DNA from: an uncultured delta proteobacterium
GTDB lineage: Bacteria > Desulfobacterota > Binatia > UBA9968
DNA length: 64,000 nucleotides
Assembly (NCBI GenBank): GCA_963755715.1
Contig: CAVWLW010000001.1
Span: forward strand, 96,001 to 160,000
Direction of reading: 5' to 3'
Shown here: one piece after another, positions 20,886 through 30,132 of the stretch
How the letters are laid out: every line of letters starts with the position of its first letter
Numbering within the stretch: the stretch's first letter is position 1
The notes under the pieces: generated by a model
The model's database searches: none
What the model was told of the DNA's origin: nothing
Seen by the model: only the letters and a program-made list of their open reading frames with translations
Position numbers and translations under genes: made by a program

Positions 20886-21095
20886 ATGCCAATATTTGAA
20901 TATCGCTGCCGCGGCTGCAACGCTTATTTTGAAACCATCGTGCTTTCGCCGCGCGAGAAAATCACTTGCCCGCACTGCCAGGGCGGCGCCGTGGACAAAC
21001 AGCTCTCGGTTTTCAGCGCGCCGGCGGCCGCGAAGGACGCCAGCGCACCAGCCGGGGGCTGCGGCTGCACGCCGCAAACTTGTGGCTGCCATTAA
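20886..21095 (+). CDS. FmdB-family zinc-ribbon protein
   Basis: MPIFEYRC..C..FE, CPHC, KQLSVF, Cys-rich tail. Confidence 0.88.
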   Translation: MPIFEYRCRGCNAYFETIVLSPREKITCPHCQGGAVDKQLSVFSAPAAAKDASAPAGGCGCTPQTCGCH

Positions 21096-21616
21096 GACTT
21101 TTCAGGCGGGCTAAAATAGCGCGGCAATTCGGCGCGAATGCGTTTCAGAGCCTCGCCGACATTGCCGTAAACGCGCTCTTCCACCAATTGGCCGTGGACC
21201 CAGCAGTCCAACGACGGCGCGTCGGTAAAATTAATATCGACGTAGCGTTCGCCGATCGGCTCGCCGGTGATGATCACGCGAACTGAATAGCCGGCATCGA
21301 CGACAATCCCTCGGGCGCCGGGCGGGAGCGGTAACCCGCTTTTGATCTTGGCCAGCTTTTCCTGCGGATACTTGCCGATTTCCAGTGAGTAATAACCCCA
21401 GTCGCCGGGGCCGACGGATAAACCGTTGAGGAGTTTGGTGTTGATGTCGACAAGGTTTTTGGCCGCTTGATCTTGATTATAGTTTTTGAGCAGTTCGTAA
21501 GCCCATTTCTCGATGATACCCTTGATCGGCTCCGCGGCTTTTTCCCGCTCCTTGACCGGGCCACGATCAATCCACCACTTGGTCTCTTCGAATGTGGAGG
21601 TTTTTTCTTCCGCCAT
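21092..21616 (-). CDS. Hypothetical protein
   Basis: 174-aa ORF with host-like composition, co-directional with neighbours. Confidence 0.65.
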   Translation of the reverse strand: MAEEKTSTFEETKWWIDRGPVKEREKAAEPIKGIIEKWAYELLKNYNQDQAAKNLVDINTKLLNGLSVGPGDWGYYSLEIGKYPQEKLAKIKSGLPLPPGARGIVVDAGYSVRVIITGEPIGERYVDINFTDAPSLDCWVHGQLVEERVYGNVGEALKRIRAELPRYFSPPEKS

Positions 21617-21655
21617 AATGACAAATACTACGAAGCAGCGTTGAGTCCGCGTTGT

Positions 21656-22651
21656 TTAAATTTTGAATTCCTCCAGCGTGCTTTTCGCGAACAGCGAATC
21701 AACTTCGGGACGCTTGCTGATCAGACCCTGCTCATGGGTGTACTGCACCAACGTCTCCAGCACGTGACGGTTCGCTTCCAAGCCGTAAGCCCATGGGTCC
21801 GGGCCGAGAACTTCACGCTCTTTTTCCATCTCATCGATCGACCAAGCGAGCATATACTTGAGCGCCGAGAACTCATACATCGCTTCCTGGCAAAGGCGCT
21901 TCGATTCATCGAACGCCTTAAACAGACTTTGAGCAATCCAGGGATGCTTCTCGTAGACTTCTTCGCGGATCACGATCGTGTGCATGATGGGAAAAATTTT
22001 CGTGCGGCGAAAATAATCCTGCTCCACTTCGCGGAAATTGGCAATCAACCGTTGAACCTTGGGGTGGCGGTGCTTGAACGGCGACGGCATGTGCGCCGAG
22101 ATCATCGCGTCGATCTCGCCGCTTGCGAGCATGGCGGAAAGAGTTTGATCGTCGGGAATCGGCTGAATATTGATATTGGGCGGCAAATTATGTTTGACCT
22201 TGTCCTGGCGCCCGGGATGTTCTTCGCCGCCGGTGAACCACTTCATTTGTTCCGGCAATACGCCGTATTCATGCTGTAAGATACCGCGCGCCCAAGTCGC
22301 CATGGTGATTTGATATTCAGGTACGCCGACACGTTTACCCGCCATGTCGGCCGGTTTTTTAATGCCCGAGTCGGTATTGATGTAGATACAGGAATGGCGA
22401 AAAGTCTTGGACGGAAACACCGGGATGCCGATCAGCCGCGGCGCGCCTTTGTCGCGCGACATGAGGAAAGAGCCCGTCGACATCTCGGCGACGTCGAACT
22501 CGCCGTAGCGCAGCATGCGCCAAAAAGTCTCCTCTACGCGCAACGGCAAATAGGTGAGATCCACGCCCTCGACTTCGACCCTGCCGTCTTGCAGCGCGCG
22601 CGTACGGTCGTAATCCCAGCACGCCAAAGTCAAACGAATTCTCCCCATCAT
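21656..22651 (-). CDS. 4,5-dihydroxyphthalate decarboxylase-like (periplasmic-binding-fold) protein
   Basis: LACWDYDRTRAL, FDVAEMS, PVFPS..FRHS, GVPEYQ.T, IFPIMH, WAYGLEAN. Confidence 0.85.
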   Translation of the reverse strand: MMGRIRLTLACWDYDRTRALQDGRVEVEGVDLTYLPLRVEETFWRMLRYGEFDVAEMSTGSFLMSRDKGAPRLIGIPVFPSKTFRHSCIYINTDSGIKKPADMAGKRVGVPEYQITMATWARGILQHEYGVLPEQMKWFTGGEEHPGRQDKVKHNLPPNINIQPIPDDQTLSAMLASGEIDAMISAHMPSPFKHRHPKVQRLIANFREVEQDYFRRTKIFPIMHTIVIREEVYEKHPWIAQSLFKAFDESKRLCQEAMYEFSALKYMLAWSIDEMEKEREVLGPDPWAYGLEANRHVLETLVQYTHEQGLISKRPEVDSLFAKSTLEEFKI

Positions 22652-22692
22652 GGACTCCCCTAGACCTGACGAAATTGTTCTCGGCGAGTCAG

Positions 22693-22893
22693 TTAAGCCT
22701 GCACGCCGGCAAGAAATTGATTAGCGCCGATGACGAACTGTTCCTTTTCGCTCTGCAAGACAACGGCCGCCTCGCCGGAGGCGAGCGTCGTGCGCCGTTG
22801 TAGGCTATACGGTTTGCCCTTGAACGTGACCCGCTGACCGAGAGCAAACCGGCTTAGTTTTTCGTGATCGCTCTGTGGATCAATTTTTTCCAT
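22693..22893 (-). CDS. Small hypothetical protein
   Basis: Short ORF directly upstream of the PhtD-like gene. Confidence 0.5.
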   Translation of the reverse strand: MEKIDPQSDHEKLSRFALGQRVTFKGKPYSLQRRTTLASGEAAVVLQSEKEQFVIGANQFLAGVQA

Positions 22894-22993
22894 CGCCTGG
22901 TTTAATACCATATCGGCGCTTAAAGCTTAAACCGCCGTCAAATTGACATCACCGACACCCGAGAATAAAGTACCGCGAAACGGCACAAACATC

Positions 22994-23923
22994 ATGCGTA
23001 TCGCGGTCATCGGCACGGGCGCCGTGGGCGGCTATTTCGGAGCGAAGCTGGCTGCGGCCGGACATGAGCTGGTTTTCATCGCCCGCGGCAAGCATCTCGA
23101 TGCCCTGCGCCGCGACGGTTTGCACATCGTCAGTTCGAGCGGCAATCGGCACGTGCGCAATGCCGTGTTTACCGCCAGCGCCGCCGCGATCGAGAGTGTC
23201 GAGCTTGTGCTATTTTGCGTCAAGTCCTACGACACCGAAACGGCGGCAAAAGCTTTCGCGCCGCTGATCGGCGCGCACACAACGATTCTCTCACTCCAAA
23301 ACGGCATCGATAATTCGGAAAAGCTCGCCGGATTGTGGGGCGATGATCGCACCCTCGCCGGCGTGGTTTATATCGGCGCGCAAATCGATGCTCCGGGCGT
23401 AATCCACCACGCCAACGGCGGCAAAATTGTCTTCGGTCGACTCGACGGTAAAACTAAAGAAGGCGCAAAAACCGTCGAGCACGTACTAGCGGCGGCGGAA
23501 ATCCCGTGCGAGCTCAGTGACAACATTCAAAAGATCCAATGGGCCAAGCTCCTTTGGAACGCGCCTTTTTGCGCCATCAGTTGCCTCGCTCGCGCCAACG
23601 TCAAACAAATCGTCGAGTCCGAAGCACTGACCGATCTCGCCATCGCCTGCATGATGGAAGTGCATGGCGCTGCGCTCACGCGCGGCATCGATTTGCACCG
23701 CTCCCTTTTCGACGACACCATCGCTTTTTCGCGCGGCTTGGGCGAGTTCAAGCCTTCCATGCTGCAGGATCTGGAAGCGCGTAAGCCCCTCGAATACGAA
23801 GCCTTCAACGGCATCGTCATCAGGGTCTTGCGCCAAGCCGGCCAAACGGCGCCGGTCAACCAAACCTTTTACGCTCTACTCCAGCACTTGGACAGAAAAT
23901 CTCGCGAGGAGGCCGCGCCCTAA
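22994..23923 (+). CDS. panE: 2-dehydropantoate 2-reductase (ApbA/PanE family)
   Basis: GTGAVGG, VKSYD, LQNG, WAKLLWN, SMLQD...E. Confidence 0.88.
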   Translation: MRIAVIGTGAVGGYFGAKLAAAGHELVFIARGKHLDALRRDGLHIVSSSGNRHVRNAVFTASAAAIESVELVLFCVKSYDTETAAKAFAPLIGAHTTILSLQNGIDNSEKLAGLWGDDRTLAGVVYIGAQIDAPGVIHHANGGKIVFGRLDGKTKEGAKTVEHVLAAAEIPCELSDNIQKIQWAKLLWNAPFCAISCLARANVKQIVESEALTDLAIACMMEVHGAALTRGIDLHRSLFDDTIAFSRGLGEFKPSMLQDLEARKPLEYEAFNGIVIRVLRQAGQTAPVNQTFYALLQHLDRKSREEAAP

Positions 23924-23926
23924 ATC

Positions 23927-24838
23927 ATGTCGCTCTTAAATTCAATTCGCGCATCGATCATCGGCTCGATCAGTCTTGTCGGAGCGATCGTGCTGTTGCA
24001 AAGCTTCGCCCACGCCCAAACCGGTAATAAAGAACAGATCGCCAAGGGCCAATACATTTTCGCTTTGGCCGGCGGGTGCGCCTGCCATACCGTGCCGAAA
24101 GGAACGCCGCACGCAGGCGGGCGCGCTTTTCCGATCCCATTCGGAACGGTTTACAGCACCAACATTACTCAGGATAAAGAGACCGGCTTGGGCGATTGGA
24201 CGGATCAGCAAATTCACGATGCCATGACGAAAGGGATCCGGCGCGACGGCAGCCGAATTTTGCCGGTAATGCCTTACGAGAAATACTCCGGCATGGCGCA
24301 AGCGGATCTGCAAGCGCTGATCGCTTATTTGAGAACGATAAAGCCGGTCAAAAAAGCGACGCCGGAGTTAAAAACCTGGGCGCCGTTTGCGCGCAGCCTC
24401 GGTACGCCGATTTTTTTAAAAATCTTTGGCCGTTTCAGCAACGCGTCGAGCGCGGCGCCGCAAAGTGGCGTCGAGCGCGGCCGTTACTTGGTTGATCATG
24501 TTTCCTTGTGCGGCGATTGTCATACGCCGCGCAATTCGATCGGCGTGCCGAAACAGTCTTACTACTTGGCCGGGGCGAGCGAAAAGGCCGGACCTCTCGG
24601 CCAAGCGGTGGCGAATATTACGCCCGACAAAGAAACCGGCATCGGCGAATGGAAACGCGAAGACATAGTCGAGTTGTTACACTCCGGAACCAAGCCCGAC
24701 CTCGATAACGTGCAAGGGCTCATGTACGAAGTGATTCAAGGAATTTCCTACGGCTATAAAGACATGACAAAGCAAGACGCCCTGGCGATCGCCGATTATT
24801 TGAAATCTACCCCGCCAATCAAAAATAAGGTCAAATAG
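23927..24838 (+). CDS. Exported diheme cytochrome c (dehydrogenase cytochrome subunit-like)
   Basis: Signal peptide, CACH and CGDCH, repeated NIT.DKETG.G.W, PVMPY. Confidence 0.88.
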   Translation: MSLLNSIRASIIGSISLVGAIVLLQSFAHAQTGNKEQIAKGQYIFALAGGCACHTVPKGTPHAGGRAFPIPFGTVYSTNITQDKETGLGDWTDQQIHDAMTKGIRRDGSRILPVMPYEKYSGMAQADLQALIAYLRTIKPVKKATPELKTWAPFARSLGTPIFLKIFGRFSNASSAAPQSGVERGRYLVDHVSLCGDCHTPRNSIGVPKQSYYLAGASEKAGPLGQAVANITPDKETGIGEWKREDIVELLHSGTKPDLDNVQGLMYEVIQGISYGYKDMTKQDALAIADYLKSTPPIKNKVK

Positions 24839-24848
24839 TTTTACGCCG

Positions 24849-25835
24849 CTAATTTCGCGGCACTTTTTTGATGACGTCGCCGAGCACCTGGTCGGCGCTG
24901 ATGTTCTCAGCTTCGGCTTGAAAGTTGAGGATGAGCCGATGGCGCAGCGCCGGGAAAATAACTTTCTCGACGTCTTCGTAGCTCACATGAACCCGGCCCT
25001 CGGCGAGGGCGTTGCCTTTCGCGCCGAGGATGATCGATTGGGCGCCGCGCGGGCTCGAGCCAAAGCGAATGTATTGCTTGACCGATGTTTGCACCGGACC
25101 GCCGTTTTGCGCTTCGGCTTGAGTCGCATGAACCAATCGAACCACGTAGTCTTCGATCGGCGGCGCGATCATCACTTGGCGCAGTAAATATTTCATTTCG
25201 TTAACCGTTCCGCTATCGTCATCCGGCAGCACTTTGGTCGCATCGCCGCTTTCTATGCCCGTTGTCCGTTTGAGTATTTCGCGCAACTCCGCGGGCGCCG
25301 GCGGCGCCACCAAGAGCTTGAAGAAAAACCGATCGAGCTGCGCCTCCGGCAACGGGTAGGTGCCCTCGAGCTCGATGGGATTTTGCGTGGCAAGCACGAT
25401 GAAGGGAGAGGCGAGAATATGCGACTCGCCGAATACCGTGACTTGCTTTTCTTCCATCGCTTCGAGCACTGCCGATTGGGTCTTAGGCGTGGCTCGGTTG
25501 ATCTCGTCGGCGAGAACGACATGAGCGAAGATCGGGCCCTGCTTGAATTGAAATTCCCGCCGGCCGTTGGTGTCGGTCAGCACTTCGGTGCCGACGATAT
25601 CCGATGGCATCAAGTCGGGAGTGAACTGAATCCGTTTGAATGACATGCCGAGAGCGCGGCTCAAGGACTTCACCAGCAGCGTCTTGCCTAAACCCGGCAC
25701 GCCCTCGAGTAAAACATGTCCACCCGCAAAAAAGGCGATCAGGACTTTTCTAATCAGATCGTCGTGACCGACGATCACTTTTTGCACCTCGGTTTGCAGG
25801 CGCTTAAAAATTTCGCGAAACTGCTCCGGCTCCAT
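24849..25835 (-). CDS. MoxR-family AAA+ ATPase
   Basis: GHVLLEGVPGLGKT, RIQFTPDLMPSD, DEINRATPKTQSA, TQNPIE.EGTYPLPEAQLDRF. Confidence 0.93.
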   Translation of the reverse strand: MEPEQFREIFKRLQTEVQKVIVGHDDLIRKVLIAFFAGGHVLLEGVPGLGKTLLVKSLSRALGMSFKRIQFTPDLMPSDIVGTEVLTDTNGRREFQFKQGPIFAHVVLADEINRATPKTQSAVLEAMEEKQVTVFGESHILASPFIVLATQNPIELEGTYPLPEAQLDRFFFKLLVAPPAPAELREILKRTTGIESGDATKVLPDDDSGTVNEMKYLLRQVMIAPPIEDYVVRLVHATQAEAQNGGPVQTSVKQYIRFGSSPRGAQSIILGAKGNALAEGRVHVSYEDVEKVIFPALRHRLILNFQAEAENISADQVLGDVIKKVPRN

Positions 25836-25852
25836 CACTTCCCCTTTCCCCA

Positions 25853-27235
25853 TCAACGGATCATGCCGCGATATTCAATCGGCACCTGCTGCTTTTCGCT
25901 CGGCGCATTAGGAACATGGGCGGGCAGCGGAACATTACTGACGGGCACCTGGGTTCGCGCTCGGCTGCCTTTGGATTCTTTGGTGGCCCGGCTTTCGCCT
26001 TTGCCGTCGGCCGCAATTTCCTCGGGTAATTGTACCGTCACATAGCGCGCGTTTTTGATGCCTTCCTTACCTTCGCCACCCTTGTAAAACCGTTCTGCGG
26101 GAGACACGCCTTGAGGCGGCGGCTCCTCCGATGATTTTTCTTTGCCGGCACCATCTTTCGAACCGCCCTCGGTCTTGCCCATTTGCTCTTTGTTCTGTTC
26201 TTTGCCGGACCGACTCGGGTCGGGTTGATTATCTTGCTTGGCGTCGCCCGGCTGCTGATTTTTTTCCGAACCCGGTTCCTTCGGATTTCCCTGGGCGGTC
26301 TTTCCTTGCTGCAATTCCGTGCTCAATTGCGCGCTCGAATCTCCTTTGCTGTCACCACTACCACCTTGGCTTTGCTCGCTTTTCCCTTGTCCTTGTTGGC
26401 GCACATCGCTTTGAATGCCGCCGCCGCCTTTTTGTTCGTCCTTTCGCTCCTGGCCGCCTGCTTGTTGCTGTTCCACGCCCTCAAGCGCGCTCGCTGCCTG
26501 GCCGAGCAAGTCGCGATTGTCCTTTTGTTCTTCCTTCTTTTGCTGTTCCTCGATTTCTTTTTTTAACTCCTGGGCCTGTGCCTGTTTTTCTTCGCGCGGG
26601 ATTTTTGGCTCGTCGAGCTTTGCCGCGAGCGCTAGGAGATCTTTACCGACTTTCTTGAGTCCCGGTTTTAGCGCCATCTCTTGGCCTAAGGCACGAAGCC
26701 GATCTTGAAGCACGCCGGGGCGAGCCACAGACGCGGTCAAAGGCAATAAAAAACTGATGAGTATCGCTGCGAGCAACGACAAGCCGAACGACCAGTAAGC
26801 AGAGGATTTGAGCCGATAGGGAAAGTCGCGTTTGAGCTCGACTCTGTGACTGAAGCCGCTGGTTTCGCGCCGCAGCCGAGACAAGAACGATGCCGGCCAA
26901 TCCGCCGGCTTTACGGTCGCTAAGGTGAGAAAATGATCTTTCGCAGCCGCCTGCCGATCGAGCAATTGCGCCGCAGCCGAGACACTTGGAGCTGCAGGCC
27001 GGTAACGCAAAACTACGGCGAAGCAACCTAAAACCATCACGAGCGCGGCGCTCACGAGCATGGGAATCTGGCCCAGCCAAGCCGCGCCGAACAGCACAGC
27101 GATGATATAAATTGCCGCGCCTACCGGCGGGCTAAAAATAAGTAATGAATCCAAAAGCGCCTGGTGGCGCAGTTTTGCCGCCAAACGATAGATTAGTTTT
27201 TCCGGGCGCTCCCCTTCATCCGGCTCGGATTGCAT
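25853..27235 (-). CDS. Membrane protein with coiled-coil and Gln/Gly/Lys-rich tail (MoxR-associated type)
   Basis: Three TM segments, low-complexity region, C-terminal VP.EYR motif; overlaps moxR start region. Confidence 0.7.
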   Translation of the reverse strand: MQSEPDEGERPEKLIYRLAAKLRHQALLDSLLIFSPPVGAAIYIIAVLFGAAWLGQIPMLVSAALVMVLGCFAVVLRYRPAAPSVSAAAQLLDRQAAAKDHFLTLATVKPADWPASFLSRLRRETSGFSHRVELKRDFPYRLKSSAYWSFGLSLLAAILISFLLPLTASVARPGVLQDRLRALGQEMALKPGLKKVGKDLLALAAKLDEPKIPREEKQAQAQELKKEIEEQQKKEEQKDNRDLLGQAASALEGVEQQQAGGQERKDEQKGGGGIQSDVRQQGQGKSEQSQGGSGDSKGDSSAQLSTELQQGKTAQGNPKEPGSEKNQQPGDAKQDNQPDPSRSGKEQNKEQMGKTEGGSKDGAGKEKSSEEPPPQGVSPAERFYKGGEGKEGIKNARYVTVQLPEEIAADGKGESRATKESKGSRARTQVPVSNVPLPAHVPNAPSEKQQVPIEYRGMIR

Positions 27236-27284
27236 GGCAGCAAACTATAACATGTCGGCGCTGACGGCTTAAGCGGATAAAGTC

Positions 27285-28316
27285 CTAACGCGGCACCGGG
27301 GACTTGCCGCGGGTCGCGGGCTCGCGAACCGGTTGGTAGACTTTCACGGCGTGGTTGTGGGCCTCGATGGTAGCGGAAAACAGATGGGTGCCATCGTTTT
27401 TTGACACGAAGTAAAGATACGGCACATCCGCGGGCTGAAGCGCAGCGCGAATCGAAGATAGACTCGGATTGCAAATAGGGCCGGGAGGCAGCGCGGCAAT
27501 GCGATAGGTATTATAGGGGTTGGGGTCATTCAAGTCTTTGCGCGTCAAATTGCCGTTAAAATCTTTAAGTCCGTAGATGACCGTCGGATCGCTTTGCAGC
27601 GCCATTTGGCGCTGCAATCGGTTATGAAAAACCGCAGAGACGAGTGGACGTTCACTTTCGACACCGGTTTCTTTTTCGATGATCGAGGCTAGGGTGAGAA
27701 TTTCGTGGGCAGTCAATTTGCTGTTCCCTTCGCGCTGGGCCAACAGCGGTAGTGAAACCTTACGAAACTGCTCGGCCATCGTCAGAATGATGTCCCGTTC
27801 CGGCGTCGAGGGAACGAAATGATAGGTGCTCGGAAACAAGTAGCCTTCAATCCCCTTGTCTTGCAAGCCGAGACCGGCCAGTAAATTCGGATCGGCAGCC
27901 GCCGCAAGAAATTTTTCTTTGTTGGCAATCTGCATATTTTCCAGCAACACGGCGATTTCGCGCACGGTCAGCCCTTCGGGAATCGTCACGGTTTGGAAGA
28001 TCCCCTTGCCCATAACCAAGCGCTCTAAAACATCGCGCGGCGCGACCCTCGTTTCAAAACGATAGAGCCCCGGATGGATCTTCTTTTCAGCGCCGCTCAA
28101 GCGCGCCAAGAGCGAAAACAGAAAGCCGTTCGAGACGATCTTTTGATCGCCTAGTTTGCGCGCGACGGTGGCCAAAGATTCGCCCTGCTCGACGCGGATT
28201 TCTGCCGGCAGCGGTCCTTCGCCAGGCAGCGCATAAAAAATGTAATAGAGAAATAGGCCGGCCGAGAGCGCGATCCCCATGACCCCGACGAGGAGAATAG
28301 TGCGTAAAGCTTTCAC
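27285..28316 (-). CDS. mltG: Endolytic transglycosylase MltG
   Basis: TIPEG, EGYLFP.TY, ASIIEKET, LQSDPTV.Y, PYNTY...LPPGPI.NP, LYFV. Confidence 0.93.
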   Translation of the reverse strand: MKALRTILLVGVMGIALSAGLFLYYIFYALPGEGPLPAEIRVEQGESLATVARKLGDQKIVSNGFLFSLLARLSGAEKKIHPGLYRFETRVAPRDVLERLVMGKGIFQTVTIPEGLTVREIAVLLENMQIANKEKFLAAAADPNLLAGLGLQDKGIEGYLFPSTYHFVPSTPERDIILTMAEQFRKVSLPLLAQREGNSKLTAHEILTLASIIEKETGVESERPLVSAVFHNRLQRQMALQSDPTVIYGLKDFNGNLTRKDLNDPNPYNTYRIAALPPGPICNPSLSSIRAALQPADVPYLYFVSKNDGTHLFSATIEAHNHAVKVYQPVREPATRGKSPVPR

Positions 28317-28379
28317 GATCGCGCGTCGGAAGAGGAATAGAAGGATGAGCGAGCGCGGGTTTCAGAAGGGAGCGGCAAG

Positions 28380-28949
28380 CTAGTTTTCCGTGATATTGAC
28401 CTTGATCCAGCCTTCGACTTGACGCATGAATCCGGCAAACGGATCTTCTCCGGGAGCCGATGCAAAATAAGCCTTGCGCGTGTAATCGAGCGCACCGGAA
28501 TAATATTCGAACTTCTTCGAAAGTTCCTGGTAGAGAAAGTACCCCGTACGGTAGAGCGAGAGGTCGAGCTCGGAGACAGTCCAGTAGGAGCGGCTGCCTT
28601 CCTGGATATAGTAATCGAGCGAGCCGCTTCCCTCGACGTGCTTGCGAAAAATGCCGCTCATGAACAAAGCGTAATCGCCGACGTACTTGCGCAAGGATCG
28701 TTCTTTGAGAACGTCGCTTTCGGCCGCTCCAGCGGCCGGTTGGCGCGCCAGCATTTCGACCACGCTATCTTCTTTGCGACCGGCGCGGCCGCGAAATTTG
28801 TAAAGTGCATCACTGCGGGCAAATTCCGCAAGGACATCGGCCACATATCCAGCAACCGTGGCGTCGTAGATACCCAGTTGCCAGAAGCTTTCCCGCACTA
28901 TTTTGAGAAAATAGCTTTGTAACTTGTTGTCGGGACCGCGGGTTTCCAT
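28380..28949 (-). CDS. Conserved hypothetical protein
   Basis: YVADVL..F, R..GDYALF.SG.F, YY...G..SY pattern of a widespread uncharacterised family. Confidence 0.7.
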   Translation of the reverse strand: METRGPDNKLQSYFLKIVRESFWQLGIYDATVAGYVADVLAEFARSDALYKFRGRAGRKEDSVVEMLARQPAAGAAESDVLKERSLRKYVGDYALFMSGIFRKHVEGSGSLDYYIQEGSRSYWTVSELDLSLYRTGYFLYQELSKKFEYYSGALDYTRKAYFASAPGEDPFAGFMRQVEGWIKVNITEN

Positions 28950-29247
28950 CGTTACGTTCAAATGATAGCAAAGTTGCCATGGCGTGAAAAGGTTCTTTTT
29001 CAGATTTGCCGCGAAGCACATGTGGATCGGCGCGCCGCGTCTGGCGAATTTTCCCACCGCGGCTATATCGCCACGGTTGGTAAAGAAGCTCTGGTTTGGA
29101 GGTGCCAAGATGGCAAGACAGCTGAAGGAAGATTTTGTCACCTGATGGCGCCTGGGCGTCTTTTGAGCTCATGACGATCCGCAAGCATGACGATTATCTC
29201 AAGTCGTTCCGGGTGCGCCGAGGACGCCGTAGAAGGCGTTGCGCCGA

Positions 29248-30077
29248 ATGGTAGTCCACATCACGCTAGGTTGGCCTGCTTTTTGGCTTACGGCAATCTC
29301 CCTGATGGCTGTCTCTTGCCGATTTGAAGATCGAGTGATTTTCCAACCCAGCGTCACGATCGACCAATCGCCTCGAGATGTCGACCTCGACTTCGAGAAT
29401 CTGGATTTCAACGCGCGCGGCGGTGTTGTTCTAAACGGTTGGTTTATTCGCCATCGCGAAGCGCGCTCCACGCTGGTTTAGTTTCACGGCAACGCAGGCG
29501 ACATCGGCCATCGCGCGGGAACATCAAGCTGCTCCATGAAAAAACCCGAGTCGATATTTTCATCCTGACTACCGAGGCTATGGGCGCAGCGCCAGGCGCG
29601 CCCTCGGAGGAAGGCACTTATCTCGACGGTGAAGCGGCGCTCGACTTTGCGCGCAATCCGTTGGGCATCGATCCGGCGCAAACGGTTCTCTTCGGCCGCT
29701 CCCTCGGCGCCGCCGTTGCTGCAGAGATGGCAACCCAGTTCGACAGTCAGGCGTTGATTTTGGAAAGCCCGTTCGCATCCATTCGCGCCATCGCCTAGCC
29801 ATGTTTTCATTTCTGCCGATCGGACCGCTCCTCGGCACCCGTTACGATGTTCTGGAAAAAATCCGCGCCGTTAAAACACCGCTATTGGAGTTGCACGGCG
29901 ATCGCGACGAAGTCGTGCCCTTCGACCAAGGCAAGCTGGTTTTCGCTGCGGCACCGCAACCAAGAAATTTATCACGCTCGCTGGCGCGGGCCACAACGAT
30001 ACCTATCTGGTCGGCAGCGACCGGTATTTTGAACAATTGAGACAATTGATCGAGGAAACGGCGCCGCCGCGCCGCTG
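29248..30077 (+). pseudogene. Alpha/beta hydrolase (ABHD13/YfhR-like), disrupted
   Basis: FHGNAG, GRSLG, HGDRDEVVP, GAGHND spread across frames; two in-frame TAG stops plus frameshifts. Confidence 0.8.
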
Positions 30078-30132
30078 ATCGCCTTGAAAAGGCCGAGACC
30101 AGGAGTTCGGCTCAGAGAGGCTAAGCTAAAGT

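Noticed and set aside
25900-26560. Gln/Gly/Lys-rich low-complexity stretch as a repeat element
   Set aside because: It is an ordinary disordered linker of a MoxR-associated membrane protein with no DNA-level periodicity.
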